Shown here piece after piece: positions 19,197 to 27,093 of a DNA stretch of 64,000 nucleotides. Where the stretch lies: NCBI GenBank assembly GCA_964430885.1, contig CAYSHM010000001.1, forward strand, positions 32,001-96,000, read 5' to 3'. Made by a program: the position numbers and the translations under genes. Each line of letters starts with the position of its first letter. Within the stretch, counting starts at the first letter, position 1. This stretch comes from an uncultured archaeon (GTDB lineage: Archaea > Thermoplasmatota > Penumbrarchaeia > JASLWR01). A model generated the notes under the pieces. That model was not told where the DNA came from. It saw only the letters and a program-made list of their open reading frames with translations, and did not search any database.

Positions 19197-20426
19197 TCAG
19201 TTTATGGGACCGCTCTTGTTTCTTTTCAAAATCTCATCGAAAATAACGGAAGCATTGTCATCCTTGCTCCCCTGGGTAATGGTACTGTTATTGTCCCTAT
19301 CCAGAATGAATATCTTTGCTTCGTCCGGTTTGACATCCTCAAATTTATTGGCTACCATCAGGTCCAATTCCATCTCTTCCATCCTGTTTCTGGCCCTGTG
19401 TATAAGATCCTCATCGGAAATACAGCATTCCAGTTTGAAAGCGGTCAAAAAACTGTCAGGCGCCCTTTTTCTGATATGAGGGTTAACCTTTTGGGTGGGC
19501 TGCAGCTGCAGAGTAAGCTGGTCCCGGCCGGAATCTATTTTCCCATTATATTTATCGATGGTATAATCGGAAATTGCAGCACAGTTTATAATAATGTCAA
19601 ATGGATAGATCTTACTGTAATTTACAAGGCCTAGGAGGTCGTCAACGGTTTCAAAACGCCTTGTTTTAATAAAATAGGGAGGCTCGTATATCCCGTTTCC
19701 GAACCACATTTCTACATTCGCACCTCTCTCGAATGCATTCATTGCTAAAGCTATACCTGTTTTCCCGCTGCTTCTATTGGTGATCATCCTTACTTCATCT
19801 ATGTGTTCGCCGGTGGCCCCGGCTATTATCAGCACCTCTTTCCCCAGCATATCTCTCTGACCCAATCTTCTGATAGTATATTTCACCGCTAGATCAAGAT
19901 TGGCAATCTTTGCTTTCTCCTCTCCCAATTGAGGCTGAATGATCTCCACACCCATTCGCCGAAGTTCAATAATATTGTTCTTTATTGCAGGGTGGTCGTA
20001 CATGGTGCTGTGCATTGCGGGCATTATCATTATAGGTATTTTATTACCTATGGCTGTTAATGCAAATAGTGATACAGTTGTATCTCCTATTCCGTACAAT
20101 ATCTTGGAAATGGTGTTTGCAGTTGCAGGAGATATTAGAAGCAGATCTATTGCTTCCCATTTACCGCCGCAGAACTTCACATGTTCAACATCCCCAGTGA
20201 TATCTATGATGGGTTTTTTACCCGATGCAAACTCTATCGCTTCTGGTGTGACCATTTTCAAACTTTCTTTTGTCATTATGGGTATAACATCGGCGCCATG
20301 ACGAATTAGTTCTCTGATCAATTTAACGCATTGAATAGCACCAATTGAGCCCGTTATGCCAAGTCCTATCCTTCTGTTCTTGAGTTTTTGACTCTTTATC
20401 ATAAAAATAGTTTCGCTGGGATGCAT
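19197..20426 (-). CDS. coaBC: Bifunctional phosphopantothenoylcysteine decarboxylase/synthetase
   Basis: GITGSIGA, PATANTISK, PAMHSTM, IDEVRMITNRSSGKTG, AAISDY, FKLE, VAN. Start moved to MHPS (20426). Confidence 0.95.
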   Translation of the reverse strand: MHPSETIFMIKSQKLKNRRIGLGITGSIGAIQCVKLIRELIRHGADVIPIMTKESLKMVTPEAIEFASGKKPIIDITGDVEHVKFCGGKWEAIDLLLISPATANTISKILYGIGDTTVSLFALTAIGNKIPIMIMPAMHSTMYDHPAIKNNIIELRRMGVEIIQPQLGEEKAKIANLDLAVKYTIRRLGQRDMLGKEVLIIAGATGEHIDEVRMITNRSSGKTGIALAMNAFERGANVEMWFGNGIYEPPYFIKTRRFETVDDLLGLVNYSKIYPFDIIINCAAISDYTIDKYNGKIDSGRDQLTLQLQPTQKVNPHIRKRAPDSFLTAFKLECCISDEDLIHRARNRMEEMELDLMVANKFEDVKPDEAKIFILDRDNNSTITQGSKDDNASVIFDEILKRNKSGPIN

Positions 20427-20587
20427 GAACAGAGTCAAGCACAAAACTCGTTTATATTTTTTTCTTTCCTGTACAGGAAAATTGATTATGCCTTTATTTT
20501 GGTAATTCATGATAAAAATAGGATTTAGGTGATTATAGAGTAGTTTGAATCAAAAGGATGAGCGGGATAAATTGATGATGAACTTTT

Positions 20588-21619
20588 TTACTCGTTTAGA
20601 ATCTCCATGGTCCCGCCTATCTTTTCCTTGTCCTGAATCCTATAGTTCCAGAACTTGCCAGCTCTTTCCTGCCCGATGATATGAGCATTCAGGAGTTTTT
20701 TCATGTGCCAGCTTACGGTGGAAGCGGATAGGTTTAAGGCCCGGCAAATATCTCCCTGGCTGCAATTAGGATTTACCATAATGAACCTAACCACATCCTT
20801 TCTAGTGGGATTTTTTAATAATGAAACAATCTCTTTGTATTCCAATCCGCCTATATGGTTTCTGAGTTCGGCCCCTCCGAAAATTCCCTCTGAATAGGCA
20901 TAATATCGCTTGTATTTACTTCCCTTGTGAGATAAGATCTTTTCGTTCCTTTCCAGGAGGCCCAGATGATACATTGCCGTGGACGGCGACATATCGAATT
21001 CATATTTTATGGCTGATAGATGTTCACCTGGATTGTGTTTTATGTATTCATATATGTCCCTTCTCAATCCCTTCATTATCTTATCATTTTTTCTTTTGTT
21101 CCTTGTAACAACACCTGCAAGACCCAGAAATACTATTATTGAAATGCCGATAATGATATAGACATTGTCAGTGATGAACTCTGCAGGAGAATTCATCCCT
21201 CTATTATTTTCGCCGTCCTCTTCCAGATCATCTAGAGCATTTCTGAATCCATTGTCATCATCATCAGAGCCGTAGCCACCCTCTTTGGGCGATTCCTCAT
21301 CATAGTCCTGAGCGCTGTTCTTATCATGCGATAGATCGGAGTCATCGTTGCTAACATCACTGGAATCATCATCCTCGGAGTCCAAAGATCCGTTCCCGCC
21401 TGCTTCAGTATCTGAATTGTTCCCGTCTTCTCTGGTCCTATAGGAGAAAAGATAGTTTTCTTCATCCAATAATGTCAGACGGGTGCTGTAGCTTTCTGAA
21501 TGAGAACTGACATATTTATTCAATGACGGAACTCCAAGGCTGAACAGGAAAAAGGAGAATATAAAAATACCTGCAATCAATACCATGTTCGTTCTCTTTG
21601 ATTTCAAATGTTGTTTCAT
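20588..21619 (-). CDS. Membrane-tethered transcriptional regulator with tandem winged-HTH (ArsR-like) domains
   Basis: N-terminal signal/TM, acidic linker, second TM, then RRDIYEYIKHNPGEHLS...YHLGLL and RKDVVRFIMVNPNCSQGDICRALNLSASTVSWHMKKL. Start moved to ATG 21619 (TATA at 21640-21650). Confidence 0.85.
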   Translation of the reverse strand: MKQHLKSKRTNMVLIAGIFIFSFFLFSLGVPSLNKYVSSHSESYSTRLTLLDEENYLFSYRTREDGNNSDTEAGGNGSLDSEDDDSSDVSNDDSDLSHDKNSAQDYDEESPKEGGYGSDDDDNGFRNALDDLEEDGENNRGMNSPAEFITDNVYIIIGISIIVFLGLAGVVTRNKRKNDKIMKGLRRDIYEYIKHNPGEHLSAIKYEFDMSPSTAMYHLGLLERNEKILSHKGSKYKRYYAYSEGIFGGAELRNHIGGLEYKEIVSLLKNPTRKDVVRFIMVNPNCSQGDICRALNLSASTVSWHMKKLLNAHIIGQERAGKFWNYRIQDKEKIGGTMEILNE

Positions 21620-21630
21620 CACTGCTACTA

Positions 21631-21844
21631 TAGTTTCGATATATATTAATGATTTTGGTAAGACCATCGAAATGACGGGTGCAAAAGTTATACCTAAGAA
21701 AAGGATAATCTCTATTATGACCAAAAGTATTATAAACATTTGATTGCTTGAAACGCTATTAGCGCTGGCCTCAATTTCAAAGTGTTAGTTTCAATAATTG
21801 AACCGGAAATTTTATGGTAAAATAATCGTAAATCACATTGAAAT
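21631..21844. promoter_or_regulatory. Divergent promoter region with clustered TTTC(A/G)A half-sites and palindromes
   Basis: TTTCGAT (21634) and ATCGAAA (21666) flank a TATA box; palindrome TTCAAT-A-ATTGAA at 21790-21802; further half-sites at about 21748, 21775 and 21838. Confidence 0.45.
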
Positions 21845-21891
21845 CTAATTAAATCAAATCCGATCAAGATTCACCAAAAAGGAATGATAAC

Positions 21892-23205
21892 ATGTCCATT
21901 CACAGATTGATGAATTCCTATAGGATGGTATCCATTAAGGAATCAGCTACATTAACAATGGCGGAAATAGCTTCCGAGTTATCTCAGAGCGGTGTTGATG
22001 TTATTTCCTTTTCAACAGGAGAACCGGATTTCCCCACTCCTCAGCACATTAAGGACGCTGCGAAGAAGGCTCTTGATGATGGATGGACATATTATACGCC
22101 GTCCAACGGAATAAAGAAACTTCGTATGGCTGTAGCGGAGAAGACCATTGCCGAAAACGATATACCTTGTTCTTACAGAAATGTTATCATAACTCCTGCT
22201 AAACATGCGATATTCTCATCTATCTTTTCAACGGTCCAAAAGGGTAGTGAAGTGATTGTTCCTGATCCCCTTTGGGTGTCTTATATTCCTCAGATAGAGC
22301 TTTCGGAGGCCAAACCGGTTTATGTGCCTTTAGATCCTGAAAACGATTTTAGAATGCTTCCAGACGATATCAATGAAAAAATTACTCCTTACACGAAGAT
22401 GATCATCCTCAATTCTCCTTCAAATCCTACGGGAGGAGTTCTTAAACAGGAGGATATCAAGGGGATTGCAGATCTGGCCATAGACCATGATCTGATTGTG
22501 TTATCGGATGAAATTTACGAAAAGATCATCTATGATGCCAAACACCATTCAATAGCTTCACTTCCTGACATGTTCGAGAGAACCATAACCATAAACGGCT
22601 TCTCAAAGGCTTATTCAATGACGGGTTGGAGAATGGGCTGGCTTATTTCCCCCAAGCCTCTTATTAAGGAGATATCAAAGATACAGCAGCACACAATTAG
22701 CTGTGCTACCGCCTTTGCCCAGATGGGTGCCTTAGAAGCCCTGAGAGGCCCTCAGGAACCAATCAATGAGATGGTAGAAAAATTCCGTAATCGAAGGGAT
22801 TATACGGTTGACCGGTTGAATCAGATGGAAGGAATCAGCTGTGTGAAACCAAAGGGGGCTTTCTATGCTTATTACTCCTTTGATCATGACATGTCCGCCC
22901 CTGATTTTGCCATGCACCTGTTGAAGAAAGGGCATGTGGCAATGACCCCAGGCACAGCTTTCGGTCCGTCGGGTGACAATTTCATACGGATGACCTATGC
23001 CAACTCCCTTGAGAACATAAAGGAAGGCCTGAACCGAATGGAAGAGGCCATTAAGGATCTGCCGATCAAATGGAGACGTTCCAAGAAAGAGAAATCAAAT
23101 GGGATGGTGGGAGAAAGAAAGGCATTTACAAAGGAAGATCTGAAACATTTTCCAAAATTGAAAGATAAGAACAGGGGCGTAATTCCATTGCCCCTGGATA
23201 AATGA
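21892..23205 (+). CDS. PLP-dependent class I/II aminotransferase (aspartate aminotransferase-like) with a C-terminal extension
   Basis: GEPDF, NSPSNPTG, SDEIYE, NGFSKAYSMTGWRMG (PLP Lys), PKGAFY, PGTAFG motifs. Confidence 0.95.
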   Translation: MSIHRLMNSYRMVSIKESATLTMAEIASELSQSGVDVISFSTGEPDFPTPQHIKDAAKKALDDGWTYYTPSNGIKKLRMAVAEKTIAENDIPCSYRNVIITPAKHAIFSSIFSTVQKGSEVIVPDPLWVSYIPQIELSEAKPVYVPLDPENDFRMLPDDINEKITPYTKMIILNSPSNPTGGVLKQEDIKGIADLAIDHDLIVLSDEIYEKIIYDAKHHSIASLPDMFERTITINGFSKAYSMTGWRMGWLISPKPLIKEISKIQQHTISCATAFAQMGALEALRGPQEPINEMVEKFRNRRDYTVDRLNQMEGISCVKPKGAFYAYYSFDHDMSAPDFAMHLLKKGHVAMTPGTAFGPSGDNFIRMTYANSLENIKEGLNRMEEAIKDLPIKWRRSKKEKSNGMVGERKAFTKEDLKHFPKLKDKNRGVIPLPLDK

Positions 23206-23261
23206 ATTTAAGATAACTATGCAACAAAAAGATTGAGCATAATAATTTCACATCATTTTTT

Positions 23262-24338
23262 CTACATTTTGGTAAGGAAGGATTTTATTAGTTCGATATC
23301 TCCTCGAATATTGGCCACAAGACTTCTGACCTCTTTTATCTCCCTCTCCATTATTTTGTTTGTTTCATCGTGATTCTTGTTGAGTGTCTTCATAAGATCT
23401 TTCTGCTGCTGGTTGAGAAGTTCAATATTGTTCTTGTGATTTTTTTCCACCATTTTTATGAAGTTTCCCATCATTTCCCGATTTTTATTGAACTCCTGGC
23501 CTATGGATTGTACTGTGGTGTCGAGTATTCCCTTTGTTTCACCTTTGAATTTACCCAGCTCATTATTGAGATCTGTTTTTAGCTCTCTAGTGGCCACATG
23601 GAATTTTTGAAGAAGATCATCCAATTTACCATTCATGGACTTGTGGTTCTTGGTGTTAAGATTGTTGATGTTCTCATATCTCTTCTTTCCCTCACTGTTC
23701 AGAACCTGAACCGCCTTTGCAATCTCCGCCATTTTCGTCTTTATGATCTTTGCGATATCATTATCCATGTTATTGAGGAAATCCATGAGGTTTTCTTCCA
23801 CTTTACCCATTTCATCCTTCATGCTGTCTATTTCAACCTCTAGGTTACCCCTCAATTGAGTCATTTCTCTGGAGGAAGCTTTGATAATACCTTTAGAAGC
23901 TTTCAATATATCTTCTGTGAATTCTTGGCTTAACTCCTCTAATTTGGGTTTTATCTCGTTGGTGTCAGTGAGCAGTTTGTTCTGTCTCATGGCCGATTGT
24001 TTGAACCTCTTTCCTATCTCTTGACCCAAACTGGAGTTTTGATTATTAATATAGGTGTTCATACTCTTCAAAGATTCGTTCATCTTCCGATCCGCAACGT
24101 TCATTTGTCTCTCCAGTGCCAGATAGGTATTCTTGATAATATCGTCTACTTTTTTGGCCAGGATTTCAGTTAGTTCCATGGTGGCAAAAACAGTCCAGTG
24201 ATCGTTTTTTCTGAAGTCCTTCATGGGTGAGTCTTCCAAACCCTTCTGCTTTCGCCATTCTCTGTTGCTTATCCTTTTCAGAATTCCATTCAATTCCCTG
24301 GAAATGAGTCCTTTCTGATATGATTCCCATTTAGCCAT
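23262..24338 (-). CDS. Hypothetical long coiled-coil protein
   Basis: Helix-favouring K/E/N/L/M-rich sequence with heptad-like periodicity and almost no Pro; AAGGAGA RBS before ATG 24338. Confidence 0.8.
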   Translation of the reverse strand: MAKWESYQKGLISRELNGILKRISNREWRKQKGLEDSPMKDFRKNDHWTVFATMELTEILAKKVDDIIKNTYLALERQMNVADRKMNESLKSMNTYINNQNSSLGQEIGKRFKQSAMRQNKLLTDTNEIKPKLEELSQEFTEDILKASKGIIKASSREMTQLRGNLEVEIDSMKDEMGKVEENLMDFLNNMDNDIAKIIKTKMAEIAKAVQVLNSEGKKRYENINNLNTKNHKSMNGKLDDLLQKFHVATRELKTDLNNELGKFKGETKGILDTTVQSIGQEFNKNREMMGNFIKMVEKNHKNNIELLNQQQKDLMKTLNKNHDETNKIMEREIKEVRSLVANIRGDIELIKSFLTKM

Positions 24339-24691
24339 GATAATTTCTCCTTTCAAATTATAAGAAGTCCTTGAGTACTACAATCGATGTATGGTCTTTC
24401 AATTTATCCTTTGTTATTATTATTATTATTTCAGGTCAAGAACATTCTTAGGCAATACACAGAAAATACACTTGTAATTATAAATACCTATTCCCCTTTT
24501 ATTTTACCAGTGTTGGCAATATTGTCGGCCAGAAATTTTACATATGATTCATTAAAATCCATTTTCTTCAGGGAATGGATATTATGATGGATATTATTAC
24601 AGTAATATAGATAAAGAGAAGTTAGTAATGAGTTAATATTGACTAACAGTATCTTGTTTACTCCCCTTAAAAGCTCCAATAGGTGATTAGA

Positions 24692-26041
24692 ATGATAGTG
24701 TCAGAGGAAGGGACCGATATCAGATCGGTGGCCAGGGAATGCAGCAGTAAGTTGTTCGTTGCCAAGGGAATAATAACAAAATTACATTCCATGGGCAGAA
24801 ATGTCTCCGACCTTCTTCACCTGTATTTTGAATCTCGAGAGCCCCTGATAAACCAAGATTATAAAAGGGCGTTGGGAATTGCCCAGAAGGTTCATGACAG
24901 GTCAATGGGGATGCTGGAATTGACACTTAAACCTGAAGATAACGCATCTTCTATTGAAGAATCTACCGTAGAGAAGGAATTGACAGGTGCGGAAGTCGGA
25001 CTTGATTTCGAAATGGAGCTGGATGAAAAAGATGTGGATGTTTCGCAAATTGATATCCAAGATGATTTGGAAAAGGATGTGGAATTGGAATGTCCAGATT
25101 GCGGAAATTTTTATTTGCCTGATGATGGAGGATGTTCCATATGCTTTGAAGCAGATTCGGCCCCTGGAGATCCAGATCATTTGTTCATTGATGTTAAGGA
25201 GAATGATCCGGAGGAAATGAAGTCTCAAACAGTCGAATTTATTGAACTTAAAGGATCGAAGCCGAAGAATTTCAATACTGAAAAAGAAACTTCTGAGGTC
25301 AATGAATATTTGGCTTTTGAAATGATCGAGGAAAAAGACACCCAGGATATAGGAGAAGATGTGGATATTTTCCTAGGCGAAGAATCTTTTATCCTTATGG
25401 ATGATCCGGAGGGCAGTCCGAACCGCTCTTTGGAAATGGAACTCATTCCTGAAGATCAGATTTCACCAGATAGAGTAAATATGGATGAGGTGAGGGATGA
25501 GATGGATTCCTTAGTAGCATCAGGTGATAGCTCAGGGGCATTGGCACTATTGAACAAATATATCAAAGATTATCCAAATGACGTTGTTTTACACAATGAA
25601 AAGGCATTATTCCTCAATATTTCTGGGAACTTCAAGGAAGCTATTATCGAGTATGACCGTTCTCTGGAAATAGATCCAAAATCGGTGGAGACTTGGATGG
25701 ACAAGGGATATGCTCAGCATAGCTCAGGGGAGATAGTGGATGCATTCTACTGTTATGAGAAAGCGAGGGAATTGGATCCGGAGAACACGTCGGTCCTAAC
25801 AAGCTTGGGGGCTCTTTATTTTGAAGGAGAGGAATATGATAAAGCAGATCAATTTTTCACATTGGCAACAGATTTGAATCCGGAAGATCCAGACCTATGG
25901 AACTATAGAGCTTTTATCAATGAGAGAAGGGGGCGTTTCATGGAAGCCCTGAAGATATATGATAATGTCCTTGAATTGGATCCATTTCACAGGGAAGCTC
26001 TCATTGGTAGAGATAACTGCCTCAGTACCATTGCTAAGTGA
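24692..26041 (+). CDS. TPR protein with zinc ribbon and acidic linker
   Basis: CPDC-x10-CSIC; C-terminal TPR repeats (EAIIEYDRSLEIDP, AFYCYEKARELDP, EALKIYDNVLELDP); AGGTGA RBS. Confidence 0.85.
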   Translation: MIVSEEGTDIRSVARECSSKLFVAKGIITKLHSMGRNVSDLLHLYFESREPLINQDYKRALGIAQKVHDRSMGMLELTLKPEDNASSIEESTVEKELTGAEVGLDFEMELDEKDVDVSQIDIQDDLEKDVELECPDCGNFYLPDDGGCSICFEADSAPGDPDHLFIDVKENDPEEMKSQTVEFIELKGSKPKNFNTEKETSEVNEYLAFEMIEEKDTQDIGEDVDIFLGEESFILMDDPEGSPNRSLEMELIPEDQISPDRVNMDEVRDEMDSLVASGDSSGALALLNKYIKDYPNDVVLHNEKALFLNISGNFKEAIIEYDRSLEIDPKSVETWMDKGYAQHSSGEIVDAFYCYEKARELDPENTSVLTSLGALYFEGEEYDKADQFFTLATDLNPEDPDLWNYRAFINERRGRFMEALKIYDNVLELDPFHREALIGRDNCLSTIAK

Positions 26042-26070
26042 CGAATTTTTTTTATAGGTGTTGATTTCCC

Positions 26071-26667
26071 ATGTCTAGCAGATGGTACAGCAGGAAGAAG
26101 AAGGAATATTATTATAATAGGGCTAAAAAAAGTGGCTACAGGGCTAGGTCAGCCTATAAGTTGATACAGATAAATAAGAAATTTGACCTTATACATATTG
26201 GAGATAATGTTGTGGATCTCGGCGCTGCTCCAGGAGGGTGGAGTCAAATAGCTGTTCAGCTTGTGGGAGAAGAAGGAAAGGTGGTAGGGGTGGATCTCGA
26301 TCCTATAAAAACTCTGGAAGGTGCGGAATTTATAAGAGGAGATATGAGGGAAGAAAGGATAGTAAAATTGGTTAAGGAAAAAATTCCTAAAATCGATGTG
26401 GGGATATCCGATATGTCCCCGAATATTACAGGAAATTATTCTGTTGACCAGGCACTGTCCTTTGAATTGGCTATGACAGCTTTATTGTTTTTCAAGGAAA
26501 ATCTCAAGAAAGGCGGAAGTTGTGTGATGAAGATATTTGAAGGTGAGGATTTTCCCAGGTTTATTGAGACCGCCCGAGAATATTTCAGTTATGTGAAGCC
26601 GTTCAGACCGGGTGCCACAAGGAACAAGAGCTCGGAGATCTATATTGTCTGCAAGAATAGAAAATGA
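26071..26667 (+). CDS. rlmE: 23S rRNA (uridine-2'-O)-methyltransferase RlmE/FtsJ
   Basis: GYRARSAYKL, VDLGAAPGGWSQ, SDMSPN, K-D-K-E tetrad with SSEIY. Confidence 0.96.
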   Translation: MSSRWYSRKKKEYYYNRAKKSGYRARSAYKLIQINKKFDLIHIGDNVVDLGAAPGGWSQIAVQLVGEEGKVVGVDLDPIKTLEGAEFIRGDMREERIVKLVKEKIPKIDVGISDMSPNITGNYSVDQALSFELAMTALLFFKENLKKGGSCVMKIFEGEDFPRFIETAREYFSYVKPFRPGATRNKSSEIYIVCKNRK

Positions 26668-26687
26668 ATTTGCAGGCAGCTATATGA

Positions 26688-27080
26688 TCATTTGAATTCT
26701 TTTTTATTCATTATCAATAGAATTATTATTACCAATGATATTGGGATGAAATATAGTCCGAAGGTTGCTCCGGCAAAGGCAATTGAGTGATGTCTGCGTT
26801 TTTTAATCATTCTCAGCGAAATGAGCTGCATGAAACCTGAGAAAAGAAGCAGAACGGTCAGGAGTACCATACCATCATATATGTCCCCCATGGATTCGCC
26901 TCTGAAAAAAAACAATATCACCGAACCAACAGCGAAAAGAAGGAATGTGATAGACATCTGAAAGCATAGAAGTATCCGGGTCAACCCGAGAGAATCGTTT
27001 TTCTTTGGGGATTTAGGCTTAAGAATAGGTTCCATACTTCCTTCCCAGGAGAATTTTCCTTCCTTACTTTGTTCATCCAT
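26688..27080 (-). CDS. Small hypothetical membrane protein
   Basis: GAAGGAGA RBS before ATG 27080; three to four TM segments; immediately downstream of the large surface protein. Confidence 0.7.
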   Translation of the reverse strand: MDEQSKEGKFSWEGSMEPILKPKSPKKNDSLGLTRILLCFQMSITFLLFAVGSVILFFFRGESMGDIYDGMVLLTVLLLFSGFMQLISLRMIKKRRHHSIAFAGATFGLYFIPISLVIIILLIMNKKEFK

Positions 27081-27093
27081 ATATTTTTCTCCT

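Noticed and set aside
20540-20551. 12-mer TCAAAAGGATGA shared with the intergenic region at about 54285
   Set aside because: Matches of this length are expected many times by chance in 64 kb.
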